DNA of 64,000 nt from Camelus ferus (GCF_009834535.1 NC_045697.1:73658001-73722000), one strand, 5' to 3'. Shown: positions 26,726 through 41,088, numbered from the stretch's first letter. Notes: generated by a model not told the origin, from the sequence alone. Made by a program: numbers and translations.

Positions 26726-28397
26726 GTAAGGACACTACTCACTACTACGGCTAGTGGTAGAGCCAAGGTCACCCATAGAATTTCTTTCCCAGAAATTCCA
26801 ACTCAGACTTTCCCCCAAGAAAAGAAGTTCTTAACTATGAGGGAGGATACCCTATGTCAAATCTGGCTTGAACTCCCAAAGCTGCAACTCTCTGGGTTCT
26901 CACACACACATACACACTCACAGACTTCTTGAGTCAAGCTCCTTGTAGACCCAGAACCAACATTCCCTTGATACACTTCCTGATCCACTAGCTTAACTTA
27001 GCCACACCTGCTGATGCATTCTTTATCACATATCAACATTTCTTTGCACTTTATTGTCATCTGAACTTGGTTAGCATCTCCCCCAATTCATCCTACAGGT
27101 TTTAATACTAAAAAGGAAAAGCATCTTGAGGTTGAAGTTTCCTCCTCGGAAGTTCCTCTGTTTCTATGTAACCTCAAAAGGCTACCCAATAGTCTATGAT
27201 CTGTGTACCAAGAGATATGCCAGGGAGGGTCACCTGATTGCCTCTGTCTTGGATGTCTGAACCCAAGACTCTTGTATAAAGATGAGTTGTTACAAAGTTT
27301 TTATATATTTTTTTCACAAATGTGCATAGAAAAATGGACTAAAAATAAAGTTACATTTGAGTAGTGGTCAGAGCCATGACAACTGCACACAGCATAACTC
27401 CAAGAGGAGCCAGTCACATGAACCGCACTGGAAGAACACAAACACACAGTCTGCACTGCTGTCACCTCACCCAGTGACTCTCATGGTTGTTATCCCTCAG
27501 CAGGATGGACATAGATGACTTTTATTTGCTTAGATAGTCAGAATGCCATACTTATGATTCCATGTTTTACTTTTCTATTCAAACACCAGAATATTTTCAT
27601 CCTTCTAACTCTTGGGAACAAATACTATGGAGTCGCCAAAGGAGGATGAGTCACCTGAGGAAATCAGATGTACTTTGAAGGCTAGATGGATTTCCCAGGG
27701 TTAGAAAGATGGACATGGTTGTAGGCCATACTGGGCGGAGAGCAGATCAATCTGATCCCAGAACTTCTGGGGACTAGATTCCCTTCAAAGAAAATTGAGA
27801 TGAGAGAGTCACTGGGCACTAAGAACTGTAAGCCTTGTACTCCAAGGAGAGGCGACCTGGATTGAAACTGACAGTCAGATATCTCATAAGACCAAACTAG
27901 GGGCAACGGCAGCAAGAGCAAGGCTCTCCTGCAATGTCTAAGAACGATGGCTATCCTAAGAGAGATCATCAGCTTTCAGAGCCACAAGAGTACAGCAGGA
28001 AATAATGGCAGCAAGGAAACCGCGGGTGGATTCAACACCAGGGCTCTTCCATCTCAGGTCTGGAAGTGCAATGGACTCCTAGGAGAGAGGGAACCCCTAG
28101 GAGAGAAGGAACCCCAAGGGTGGCATTAACTAGGTCAGCATACAGACACTTGATCTTCTTTTCATTTAATCTGGAGAAATAAGAGGCATGTAACTATGCA
28201 CAGCCATCCCTTCTTTAAGCCTTTCTTATAAGTTACCTGCAATGGGCATGCATTATAATTTTTAAAATTAACATTACTAGCTTAAAATTATTAATATAAC
28301 AAATTACATTAATCAGATATTAACTTATACATGTCAGTTTAGTAGTTAAAGGATATACTACTGTTTTAAGGAAAAAGAAACACATTAATGCATTCAG

Positions 28398-28575
28398 GCC
28401 ACAAGATGTTGTATAGAAAATTTCACTTCAACGTGCTAGAGGAGATGAGAGGTTCTGGAACGTCCAGAGAAAAGAGGCAAAAACCCCCAAAACAAAGACT
28501 GCTCGAGGATATATTGGCCCTGACAATGCTACACATCCCCTCATCCCCTACAGGAAAGGCTTGGGCAGAGAGAAT
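28398..28575 (+). pseudogene. Pseudo-exon (PQDVV*KISLQRARGDERFWNVQRKEAKTPKTKTARGYIGPDNATHPLIPYRKGLGREN)
   Basis: cattcag acceptor; perfect GTAAGT donor; 178 nt, phase 2>0; one stop in 59 codons. Confidence 0.8.
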
Positions 28576-29877
28576 GTAAGTAGTTCCTGCTTATTAAATG
28601 ACTGGTCCTGTTTAAAGTACTTTTGAAGATTTCTTCCTGAGAACATGTACAATAATGACAATAACAACCACCACCACCTCCCTCCTCCCTCCTTGGGTCA
28701 CTTTGGGGATACATCTCGTTTCTGTTTGTGTCAAAGAGAGATTCTCTTTTTTTTTTCATGAAGGAAGAAAAGTGCTTCAACTTCATTTTATATCCTTTTA
28801 TCTAAATTGGTCACATCAAAATCCAGTTGAGACCCATATGGGTTTTAAATTTCTCTTTACTTTTACTCCTTGCAGGGAAGACATATTTTACTCCACTCAA
28901 AAAATTTATTTTCAAAGACACTGATTACTTTTATGTGAAATAATCACTGAGAAATTTAAACGGATACATACACACAGAGTTTGCACTTAGACTGTCTCAA
29001 ATAGTACCTTCGATTTTACTCTGACTTCCTTAAAATCATCTAATGATTTATCTTAACTCCTTTTATATGGAAGACATTCTGATAACAAAACATAAATTAC
29101 TCCAGAGAAGGAAAACATGTTATTACTATGATTAAAGAAAAATTTATTTCTGGAACAAAGCATGATTAAAATTTACCACTATTGCTTTAATTCTGTTTGG
29201 CTAAAACCTTCTGTTTATAAACTAACACACTAGGGAGAAACAGTCTAACCTTTACTCTCACAATGTGTATTTGTTCAGGCCTGTGGTAAACTGCTAGTAT
29301 GCTGCTGAATCCCAGTGGCTAAATAAATATATAAATAAATACAACAGAAACAAAACACTTCTAGACAGCTAGACAAAATCAGAATTGCCTGAAGGACTCT
29401 CATTCCTTTTTTGAGTTTCAACTCTTCTACCTCAACTACCATCCGCTCCTGTCACGGTGGTGGAAAACAATAGCGCTGTAATTTAAAGTCAAAAATTAAT
29501 GCATTGCTACAGACTTCAGTGCAAAGCATTAAAACTAGTCAGACAACTTTCAGCGATGGAAACCCACAACTAAGAAAAATTAAACTTCCTATAATTTTAT
29601 AAATTACAGCAGAAATACCTGTAATTACCCAAGTAAATGATGACCAAAAAATTTGCCCTTAAGGGGCTGGATTACATTTGAAGGGAAGCTGCCTTGTTTT
29701 CTACGCTCAGGAAAGAAGGCGTGTTGACACACAGGAGAATAACAGCTAATGCATTTTGGATAGCACTGAGAAAAAGGATTTTAAAGAAACCCGAGAAACA
29801 GGACATGGCTGTTTTCTATAAGGAGATTCAAGCCCAGCAAAACAAGAAGCCACCTGTGATTGCCAAACTACCCCCCC

Positions 29878-29879
<2 letters not shown>

Positions 29880-29927
<48 letters not shown>
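29880..29927. repeat. (CA)n microsatellite
   Basis: Perfect CA run of about 24 units. Confidence 0.95.
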
Positions 29928-29934
<7 letters not shown>

Positions 29935-31111
29935 CAACTAGCTCCTCAAACACAACATTCGCAGGCAGATAGTTATCTAGAATGAACAGATCTAGTGTTT
30001 GTTTTCCTTTTTGGATCTGGCAGCTGCTGTATATCAAGTCTGCCGCCCCTCAGATAGGAAAGACTTCTACGGGCTCGGGAAGCTAGAGCAGGCCTGCCTT
30101 AGATGCCCAGCAGGGCCTCCGAATGTTAACTCCATCACACACACACACACACACACAAATTCAGTCCTGCTAAATTAGACACAGAAGACAGCAGAGATGG
30201 CATGCATCATTCCTGTCACCAATCATCTAAAATAAACAGGCTCATTTATATAGAGCATTGCTATTCGGAGATCTTCAAAGGCGGACAAGCTTAAACCATA
30301 AGGCAGAACCTGTCATGTCAAGCAACTTAAGAATCCCACATGGATGTTATTCTCACCCCAAATGTACAGTTCACATTACTGTCCTAGGTGGAAGGTTCAT
30401 CAGTGTCCCCTAGCACATTATAAAATCCTAGTATGAGCCTCTTCCACCTGTAATTGTAAGCAAAGTACCTCTCCTTCTTTGCCTTACATGACACATGGAC
30501 TTCAGAGAGCCGTTTCTCTGTAACACATCATTCCTAAGAAGGCTCTTCCCACCCTGCTTCCAGTAAAGTAATCATTGATTCTTTTGCAGGGTTCTAACAT
30601 TTACCTACTTGAATACAACGGTGATTTGAAAATTCTTGCTATGTCTGTTATATAGTTCTCGTGGGCCAACACCCTTCATAAGCAATCCAGCACTCTTCAA
30701 AATAGAGGCAGCTTATTTAGGCTTGCTAAAAATACTGTGCTATCTTTTTAGTGGGAAGTCTCATCAAATGAGTTACTCTCTGGGTAGACCCATTAAAACC
30801 AGTCACAAGAGAAAGAACACACGTAAACGTTCTTTCACAGACTAAATATTCCTAATTGCCTAGGTTACATGATCCAAGTTAGTTGAAAACTTCCTGAAAC
30901 TACAGATGCCAAACAATGCTGCACCTACAAGAATGTACTAATAGAAAGTACATTGAGTCAAAAGAGGGCAGACCTGACCGCTATTTGTAACTTACAGCTA
31001 TGAGCCACTCGATGTTCAGTTTTCTGTTTTGTCAAATATTTTATAATTCTAGGGGTTGAAACTGTTCCTAAAAATGTCTACCCAGAGCAGAGATGCAGGC
31101 TATCTGGGAAA

Positions 31112-31161
31112 GAAGGAAGGAAGGAAGGAAGGAAGGAAGGAAGGAAGGAAGGAAGGAAGGA
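31112..31161. repeat. (GGAA)n microsatellite
   Basis: Perfect GAAG run of about 12 units. Confidence 0.95.
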
Positions 31162-31272
31162 GAGAGGGAGGAAGGAACCATCCTCTTGCATCCTGATCCA
31201 TAACACCAAAGGAACAGCCCAAGATCTTATCCTCCGTGTGGACCTCTAACAACCCAGCTACAACCATCATTA

Positions 31273-31455
31273 CAGTTGACCCTTGAATGATGAGGGCTTG
31301 CACTGTGCAGGTCCACATACAGGCAGATATTTTAAAAAATACTACATACTACACAATCCATGATTTGTTGAATTCGAGGATGCAGAACCATGGATAAGGA
31401 GGGACAACTGTAAATTTTATGTGGATTAACCCCCGTGTTGTTCAACAGTCAACTG
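31273..31455. mobile_element. Tigger (TcMar) MITE
   Basis: Terminal inverted repeats cagttgacccttgaa / ttcaacagtcaactg, preceded by TA. Confidence 0.8.
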
Positions 31456-31483
31456 TCTTTACAGAAACACACTTGTGTTTATA

Positions 31484-31800
31484 ATTTTTTTTATTGAAGT
31501 ATACTCAACTTACCATGTTGTGTTAATTTGTGGTGTAAAGAATAGCGATTCATTTATACATATATATAAATATTCCTTCTCATATCCTTTTTCATTGTAA
31601 GCCATTACAAGGTATGCTTATGCTATACAGTAGGACCTTGTTGTTTATCTGTTTTATATGTAGTAGTTCATATCTGCAAATCCTGAACTCCCAATTTATT
31701 CCTCCCCACCCTTTTCCCCCACTGGTACCCATAAGTTTGTTTTCTGTCTGTGAGTCTGTCCCTGTTTTGTTAATAAGTTCACTTGTGTCCTTTGTGTGTG
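31484..31800 (-). mobile_element. L1 3' end
   Basis: tttttttattgaagtata...tgctatacagtagga; tgtgttta TSD-like flanks. Confidence 0.75.
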
Positions 31801-31989
31801 TGTGTTTACAACTTTAAATAATCCACTGAAAACTGAGTTTGCACACCACAGAAACAAAAGGTAAAAAGAAAAACTATAATGGTAAAGAAAAATCTCAGTG
31901 TAAGAAATAAAGTTATCATCCGTGCAACTTAGATATGCAGAGGTTTTGAGGTAACCTACAGAATTCACCTAGAGCCAAAATCCTTACAG

Positions 31990-32344
31990 GTAGACCCTTG
32001 TGTGATTGCTCCAAAAATGTACCTTCTGGACCCGTGCTGCATCAGCTAGCCCTCAACTATTAAAATCCGCCATTTCCAGTGAATATAGCAGAACAACAGT
32101 CCATGAAATGGTAGCATAACCTATGTGAGAATGACAATACAAGAAGCCTGATAAAATGCTTTTAGATGGCCTTTTAGATCAGTTAAAAATCACCAGATTT
32201 TTTTAAATTACAATGGCACCAGTACTTCTATCTCTGTTTATCTGTCATTGCTTCAAGCCTTGGTTCTTGTTGATTAAATCTGTCTTAGCAACAGTTATAA
32301 TTTTGCTCCGAGATATGAGATGGCAATAGGGACTCTACTTCCTG
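31990..32344 (+). pseudogene. Pseudo-exon (VDPCVIAPK...YLSLLQALVLVD*ICLSNSYNFAPRYEMAIGTLLP)
   Basis: ccttacag acceptor; 355 nt, phase 0>1; compensating internal frameshifts. Confidence 0.7.
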
Positions 32345-35279
32345 GTTAACACGCCTTAATGAATCACCACATTTTCATATTTTCCCACAGGAAGAGAACA
32401 TGGTATGATAGAAGCAAGTTAAGACATAGTGATCTCCTCTTTCCAGAAAAAGTCTCTGAATCTCCTCTTTGTATATTCCTATATCTTTTCATTTGTAAAT
32501 AAAGAAACCACTATGGATTTTAGCTTTTAGGAAATTATGCTAATACTGATCCCATTTCTTACAGAGATCTAGAGCTTATTATAAACTCATTAAAATCAAC
32601 AACAAAAAGGGAAATAAACTTTCAAAAGGTCAACCATTTGGCTAATTTACATAATCACTGAAAATTAGGACCAAACAATACTGAAAAAGATAGAAGAAAC
32701 GTCACCACCAAATCTGTAAGTCCCATATCATACAGATACTAAACACATGCACATGGTAGGAAAACGGCTGCTTAAACTCTCCAAAAGATTTTCTCTGTAA
32801 CATTTTCCTTAATAGAAATCTTTTTCCAAAATACTGTAAGTCATGATATTTTAGACCTCCTACTACCTGCCAGATTAGGTCAAAGATTATTAGTATTTTT
32901 AACAGTAAGTTAAATACATTTTAAAAGAAAGCTATTTAAATGAACACTTTAAGCATAACACGGTGACACACTGACACACAGTCAGGCAGATTCTGTGTAT
33001 ACAGATGGTATTCCAAAAACATTCCATTGTTATTTTCACATCACATTTAGACATGAGGCACTGAGTATGTATGTGTTGACTGACTATCCACAAATTCTCT
33101 TAAAGGCAGTCAGTCCACGAGTTGGAGGGAAACAGCCTGCCTGTCACTTGGAACTGCCAGGTTGCAGGGAAAACTTACATCTCTCCCTCAAATCTTCACG
33201 GAATTCTGAAGGCATTTAGGATAAACCTGGCTTCCTTTCTTACATTTTCCTGCTTATTTTGCTGAATAGGTTGCAAAAGTCTCCCTCCGTAAGACCTATA
33301 TTTGTCAAGTTATTTTTTCTAAGATGTAAAACTGGAATACCAAGAAAATTTTCATAATCACAATGCAACCTAAAACCCTGGAAGTATTTCAATGGTTTAT
33401 GACAATCAAGCACCAAATCCATTAATTGGAGACTCATATCGAATACCACATCTTTGTTGATAAAGCCTCAACTCCTAAACCCACCTGAAAGGCCTCCAAC
33501 ATTTTGCCACCACCTTCATTTTCCTCCACCTCTGTGGAATACTGTAAGTGTTCACTGCAGTACCAGCAACTAATCTGCCCTGTCTCTACTCTCAGAACTT
33601 CATTCTATGTGCTCATCTCCAGGGGGTAAATTGAGGTCATTCTAAGACAATATTCATCATGTTGTTTCCACCCTCCTTTGCAACTAGGAGCCACCATATT
33701 TCCTAATGAAATGGACAGACGTGGCCAGAACCTCCTCCTCCCACGTGGGTATGATGCCTGGAGTTGCAGTAGCCATATTAAAACCATGGGGCCTCAAGCC
33801 GAGGAGGAGAAATCCAGTAAATGAAGGAAGACAAGATGGAAAGCTAGAGTGAGCCTATGTTCTCAACAGCATTGTGAGCAATGTAAACAATGTCAGTAAT
33901 CACCCATCTTCTTGCTATGTGACAAAAAAATAAAACCCTATTTATTTAAGCCACTTGTATTTATATTTTCTGGTACTTGCAGCCAGAAGCAGCCTATCTG
34001 GTAGCTTCTGCCTCATGCCTGCAGTGTAGCCGCACTGGATAATTTATCATTACCCCAAACATCACACGCTTTCCTACCATCCTATCTTTTCTCCACTTAG
34101 CTTTGCATATGGCAAGTGTTAATAAACACTATAAAATGAATGATGTGAACTGGTTGATGAAATTTTAAGTAAAATAAATGGTCCACGACTCGATCAATCC
34201 ATCAAAAATTATTCACTGGCTCACTATGATATGCATGGCATGATGCTACAGTTAATTTAAATTTTGAGCTTTCATTTAATCAGAATCATTCTATCCTTTC
34301 CAAATGACAACTTCTTGTACTTTGTTTTTATAAAGAAACAAAAGGCCTCAATACCAGTTTGATACACAGGATGTTTTTTCAGAGGACAGGAACCAGCTCT
34401 CCTGCTGTGTTTTATAGAGAGTCTAGCTCACTGCTGGCACTCAGTGAATATTAAATTATAATGATACTGCTATGGATATCATTCAGGTTCTCCGACACTG
34501 TTACAACTTTTAGTCTGTTTTTGAAGTATGTGAGATCCTATAATAAAAATGTTTTATGGAAGTGAATGCACATTACATACAGTTTGTCAGTCAGCTTAGC
34601 CAGGTCACATTGGGAATGTGTTGGGCTCAAATAAAGATATATTTTAAAGTCTATGTTGGTGTGATTCAACTTCAGAAGTATAAAGTTTCTAATTTATTAT
34701 AATAAATTACTCCTCAAAAACATTTGTTATCAGACTGCAACTATTCTCAGTTCTAGGGGGAAAACATCATTCTTTCCTACAGAAAAGCCAAAGTAGGGCA
34801 AAAGAGTTTTCAAATTATAAAAAGTAAGCTTAAGTCCTACCTCTACTTAAAAGCTTCCCTGGGAGATACTGTTTTAATCAGTTTTTGAAACTATTTGTAT
34901 TTAGAGTAAGCATATATTTATTAAAGAAAAAGTTCAAACTCATTCTTATAGCTCTCACTTTACAGGGTATAGTCAGAAGTCCTGAGATGGTCCAGATGGC
35001 ATTTGTCATATCTCAAAACTTCCAAAGATGTCTTTTGGCTTCACAGAATTTTGCTTGAACTTTTCTTAGCTTGTCAACCTAAGGAATCATTGAAGCACAA
35101 GATTTCCCATCGCCTTTTCACTTGTCTGTTCATCCACTCTATTCCTGAAACTATACGAAACATTTTGCTTGCATAACTCTTCGCATAATCAGCTTCATCT
35201 CAGGATTGGAGAACACCCTTGAAAAACTCTTTTTAAAAAGTGTGGGGACATTCTTTAGGATGAAAGAGTCTTCATTTAA

Positions 35280-35890
35280 AAGTGCTATTATTTCACTCCT
35301 GGTAATTTACCCCAGAGAAATGAAATTTCTAGTTTTAGTATACACAAAAACTTGTATTCTAATGTTCCTAACAGCTTTATGTCTTAATAGCCAAAACTGG
35401 CAGCAACCCAGACCTCCTTCAACAAGCAAATGGTTAAACAAACTGCAGAACATCCATACCATGAACTACTACTCAAAACCAAACAAAAAAACAGTATCCA
35501 TATACACAACCTAAATGAATCTCCAGAAAATTATGTTGAGTGAAAAAAGCCAATCCTCAACAGTTACAAGCTGTCTGATTTCATTTGTTTAACATTCTTG
35601 TAATGACAGAAGTATAGAAATGCAGAGCAGATTAGTGGTTGCCACCGTTTAGGGTGGGGAAAGGGCAGAGGGGAAGTGGGTATGGCTATAAAAGGGCAAC
35701 AGGAGAAATCCTTGCGGTGATAGAGTCCTTCTGCTATCTCGAGTACATTAATAGCAATATCCAAGTTGTGATATTCTACTATAGCTTTGCAAGATTTCCA
35801 ACTGGAGGAAATTGGGTAAAGCAACCGCTCTATATTATTCTTACAACTGCATATCAATCTACAATTGCCTCAAAATAAAAGTTTAATTTT
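35280..35890 (+). mobile_element. Old L1M 3' region
   Basis: ORF2-end remnant (LLVIYPREMK...WQQPRPPSTSKWLNKL) plus 3' UTR. Confidence 0.7.
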
Positions 35891-38024
35891 TGCTCAGAAT
35901 CTATGCCATCTCCTTATAATAACTCCCTGATGTTTCTGGGGATCACTTCTCCCCTACTTTCAGTCCATGTGGTTCAGATGGTCTAACTTATAAGTAGACA
36001 TGTAACTGAGACCTGATCAATAAGCCTAGTCCATCTCTTTAACCCTACTGATTGATTCAGGAATGGTCACATGGTTCAAATTGGTACAGCGATACTCAGC
36101 TGAACTGCAGAGGAAGAAAAGCTCTCTTTACTAAGGTTGCTTAGTTTTGTAGGATGAAAAACTTGAACAAACAGAGCCCACCACATTGAGCCAATCAGAG
36201 GGAGCTAGTGCAGAGGAAAAAATTTGTGCCCTTGAATCCAACATTCCTGAAGCTAGTCTACCCTCTGGACTTCCTAGTTATGTGAACTAATTAATATCTT
36301 TTGCTCAAGTTTTTTTTTTTTTTTTTAAGTTTAATTGAAAAGACCTTCAGTGAATATTGGAATCACATTCAGCATATAACACAAGTATCTCCATAAGCAA
36401 TGTAGTTAAGTTTGAAAAACAACGTAACAAAAACATTTTATTATTCCACTAGCAAGAATTCTGTCTTTCACTATTGTCTCTTAAGTTTAATGCCAGTTTT
36501 CCTCCTCTTCCTACCTTGGTCTCCCACTAATTTTATTGTACAACCAAAGTGTTTCTTGTGTATGCTGTATTTTTGTATTTTGACTATTTTTCCGTTGGGG
36601 TATACACTCTTAGTAATTTGTAAGAGATTTTTTGTTTATTAAGGATAGTAGACCTCCAGATGTCATGTATGTGGAAAATCTTTTTTCCTGCTGGCCTTTG
36701 GTCTTTCAATCTCATGTGCAGTATTTATTCCATTCATAACATTTAGCTTTCTATAGTTAAATTAATCAATCTGTTTTTTATTGTCTCTGGCTTTCATATC
36801 ATACTTCGAAATCATACTTCTCCGCCCAGATATTTTCTTTAAAATCTGCCCATATTTTCTTCTGTTACTTTTATAGTTTTTAAACAAGTATAAATAATGT
36901 AAAGTGTACTGTAGAAATGACATTTTGCCCCAAATGATTACATATGGGACATTTTATTCATGAATGCATATTTTCCTTACTGATTCATGATTCTAACTTT
37001 CTCAAATGCTAAATCCCTATGTATATTTGGATCTGAGGATGGACATTTTATTTCTTACCATCTACTTCTCACATTGTTTTAATTTTAGCATTTTTATGAT
37101 ACATTTTAATATCTGTTTAGGAAATGTTCCTTCTTAGTGTTTTTGTTTTTCAGACTTTTTATTTATACCTGCATGCTTATTCTTCAAAGTGAATTTAGAA
37201 TCATTTTATCAAGTTTCTCACCAACCTCCCCACAATAATTAGGGATTTTATTTAATAATACACCGTGTACAGAGTAAATTTAAACCAAATTGACCTCCTT
37301 ACAAAAATTAAGCCTGTTTTTTCTAACGTATGTCTCTCCATTTATTCAAATCTTTTGTCATGTTTCCCAATCCTTTTGTTATGCTATTATGTAGAATGCT
37401 ATAATTCATCCAGTTCCCGCATATTTCTTAAAAGACTATTCTAGATATTAGATGCATTTGTTTGTAAATGTAAATGGAATATTTTCCCTTTGTTTTCTTT
37501 ATAAGAATGTGCAATATCAAAAAGCTACTGATTTTACATATCTTGTGACATGTACCTTAATGAATATCCTTATTTTCTTAAAATATTCATGTCTGCAAGA
37601 TATATCATTTCCTTAACATTTTCAAAGAAGATCAATTGTTTAAAATAATTTAGGAAATAATTGGGTTATTAGCATAATTTAAAATTTTTTAAATGTCTCC
37701 TGGTTTAAAACACACACATACATACACACACACACTCCTACCCCTATCTATACATACAAATCCTCTAGATTGGGACATGCTTTCTTTTAGAATTTACATA
37801 TTAGCCAAACCAAGGAATTCAGTAGCTTTATAAAGCACCCACTGTTCAGAGCTCTTCCTCTGTTCCACCACTTTGTTCCTCCAATAAGACCATGAACATT
37901 TCTTAGAGCAATTTCTCCAAGAAACCACTCTTTTTTAGTGATTCTCGAAGATCAAATATTGCAATTTAAGTCAGGAAAAGGAAAACATTTCATCTGATGC
38001 TTCTGTCACATTTTCTTTTACCAG

Positions 38025-38339
38025 GTTCACAACATATGATTAACAATGCACATAAACTTGGCTCTGTGATTTTGTGTGTAGATAATGATTGAAATCCATT
38101 AAGCTATCCTTTTATGGATGATGATCTGTCAGCTGAACATCCAGCAGTTTCTTTTTATAGAACTATGATTTGATCTGCAGTGTCCTGGAACATGTTTTTC
38201 AAGCTATTTGGCTTCAAGCTTATGCTAATTACCAGGCATTATCTCACAACTTCTGTGGCACACAGAAACATTAAAATCGCCTCCCCTAGAAGTTTTCTTT
38301 GAAGATGAACCAATGGAATTTCTAAAGCATTCACTGCAG
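38025..38339 (+). pseudogene. Pseudo-exon (GSQHMINNAHKLGSVILCVDND...YDLICSVLEHVFQAIWLQAYANYQ...EFLKHSLQ)
   Basis: ttttcttttaccag acceptor, phase 1; CAG|GTACTA donor, phase 0; two frameshifts. Confidence 0.75.
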
Positions 38340-38867
38340 GTACTACTCAAATGATAGACTTAAAAAAAAAAAAAACTTTGTTACAGTAGTAAGTTTTATT
38401 TTCCTTATGTCTTATCTCTCTACACCACTTAAGAATTCCTTGAGAGAGGTAAGGAGAAATTAATGTTCTTGAGCTCCTACTAAGTGCCAGTCTGGTCTGT
38501 TTTAAATATGTTTTCTCATGATAAATATTGGTTCTTATTGACTGTTATATTTCCTAAGACACTCACTCCAGCATCTACTAATAGAAGCTCATTACTTACA
38601 TGACTGAACAATCATCATAGTATTTCTTTCTTAAATAATTTCCATCTAAGTGAAACAATAGTTTCCTTATTGCCATTAAGGTTACTTTAAGTTGCCAGTA
38701 TTAACAATAAAAGTTCATTGCTAATCCCAAAATTAAGGGATTTGGAGGGGTTTTTTAAATTTCAAAGAGTCAATAGGTTTTTGTTAGTGTTATATTTTTC
38801 TCAAAGAAACACACTGAGCTACAGTAAAACCCTGCTGAAAAAACACAGAAAATTCATTTGTCCCAAA

Positions 38868-39039
38868 ACAAATTTCTTCTGTACAGCACAGAGAACTATA
38901 TTCAATATCTTGTAATAACCTATAATGAAAAGGAATATGAAAACAAATATACATACGTCTGAAACATTATGCTGTACACCAGAAATGGACACGTTGTAAC
39001 TGACTATACTTCAATTTTAAAAACAAATGTTAAAAAAAA
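38868..39039 (+). mobile_element. L1 3' end
   Basis: tgtacagcacagagaactatattcaatatc...ctatacttcaat with A-tail; TSD tcatttgtcc. Confidence 0.8.
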
Positions 39040-39952
39040 GTCATTTGTCCTTTTGTAACAGCTCTTTTGATCAATTATTTATTAACATTAGTTAACTTCC
39101 TCTATTTTTTTCTCACTGATTCTGCTAATGAGACATAGATTAGTTTGTATCTGAATCCCAGAAGTGTAGATCAAACTCCTTCATGTGTACATGAAATGAG
39201 ATTAATAATAACCACTTATTGAGTGATTATTATGCGTCAGGTACTAAGCTAAGTGTTCTACATATGTAATTTCATTTAATTATCATGACAACTCATGAGG
39301 TTGATGCTATTATTATCCTCATTTTAATGATGAGAAAACTAAGGATTAGAGGAGTAAAGTCAGACAGAATGCAAAGCCAGAACTCTTGTCTATTTATATA
39401 CGCAATGAAGAATCTAAGAACTGAGTACCCAACAGCAGCATGAGCAAATGCATCTACCTACTTAGAGAACTCGAGTAGAAATCGGGGGATGTCTTCGGGA
39501 GAGCTAGGATACTGAGAATGAGCTCTCATTGAAAATATTCAAAAACATTATCTCATGGAACCCCACACCCATCCTAATAAATCATCATTGCTCCCATTTA
39601 CAGATGGGAATGGCAAAAAGTCACATAACTAGGAAATGGCAGAGACAGACCCACAACCCAATCTTGTGGATCCAAGTCCAACACTCCCCACCATTTAACT
39701 CACATTCATTGACACAGTGGCAGAGATGGCAAAATCTGTCCCTCATGGTGTCACCCCCATAGCATCCTACAGTCCACATCACCCTCAGTGCAGACACTGT
39801 GACTAACTTCAACATGGGGCAATCAAAGTAACTGCTGACCTCTGTCTTTAGGTAAAAGAAATCATCTCTTATTAACTTATTTCCTTTTATATCCTGGTTT
39901 TCGCATCTTGAATATCAACAAAATGCTAAACCAGTTAAAATTCTGTAAATAA

Positions 39953-40125
39953 TTTTTTTTAACTTTGGTTTTATTGTTTAGTTTTTTTGTTGTTGTTGTT
40001 TTGGGGGGAGGTAATTAGGTTTATATATTTTGTTGTTATTTTTAATGGAGGTACTGGGGATTGAACCCAGGAACTCACACGTGCTAAGCAGGCACTCTAT
40101 CAATTGAGCTATACCCTACCCCCCC
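39953..40125 (-). mobile_element. tRNA-derived SINE (Vic-1-like)
   Basis: Reverse complement of the same SINE; flanked by taaataatt TSD. Confidence 0.85.
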
Positions 40126-40190
40126 ATAAATAATTCTTAATCCATTTCATGTTCTATACAGTTTGACCTACATTTCATAAAATTAATTAG

Positions 40191-40464
40191 CTGCTTGAAA
40201 ATCATGTACACATACAAGTTGTTTCATCTTAACTATTCTGTAGAATCCCAACATGCCACTCACAATGGACCATTTAAAAAACTCCAATCGCTTTGCAAGC
40301 TCTCCTACATACTCTACAAGGTTTTGTTGTTCCAGGAGAGAATTACTGAAGGCAGAGATCCTCACTCCCCTCCAGGCCTCAGCTTCCCATGCAGTTAGAT
40401 TGAGGACAGAAACTGACGGGCTGTTGAACTACATGTTCATTAAATCATTAAACGTCACAATAAG
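40191..40464 (+). pseudogene. Pseudo-exon (LLENHVHIQVVSS...PIALQALLHTLQGFVVPGENY...IIKRHNK)
   Basis: aattag acceptor (weak tract); AAG|GTAGGT donor; phase 0>0 with frameshift. Confidence 0.6.
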
Positions 40465-40474
40465 GTAGGTAGTC

Positions 40475-41088
40475 TGTGTTTTCTTAGATTCTGTACATGG
40501 GTATTTGGTACCCACTGGTCACAGGGCTAATTATAATTTTCTTATTTTCTGTATTTTTGAATCTTTAGCATTTGCGGGCCTCTCAGATCCAGGGAGAGAT
40601 GCCCCTCCCAGATCTAGCCAATTCTTAAAGATAACAAAAGGCTCAGCCAGGAGCACATCTCTCATATATAAACTAGCCAATCCCAAGTCTACAGCCCCAG
40701 ACACTTCTTCACATCTAACTCTCATACACCAAGTGCATTTCCCCTGCACTGAATCACCCCAGGGCCAGGTAGCAGGCAACAAGAAACTACCCCTTCAGTC
40801 TGAAGCCCACAGGAATTATTCAGACTTGCCAATCGTAAACTGTTTACCCTGCGCTGCCTTATCTTTCCCAAGGAAATCCCAATAAAAGCTCTGGCCCAGA
40901 TTTATCCTTCCCTCCTATCTTCTGCCACCTGACCAAGAGCTGGCTCATCCCCCATGGTCCTGTATCATATTCAATGAATCCCCTCTCTAGGCATAACAAA
41001 CAAATCTCTTCCAAGCCTCCCTCCTTTGGCTGCACCAGCTTTACCATATCACATCCAATATGGGCATTCTTGAAGCACGGGATACCAT
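40475..41088 (+). mobile_element. ERV-type solo LTR
   Basis: TG start, CCAAT/TATA-like motifs, aataaa at 40881, CA end; subfamily not determined. Confidence 0.5.

Noticed and set aside
29711..29830. Possible additional exon after a ctcag acceptor
   Set aside because: No donor before the CA repeat, and the flanking exons already join in phase without it.
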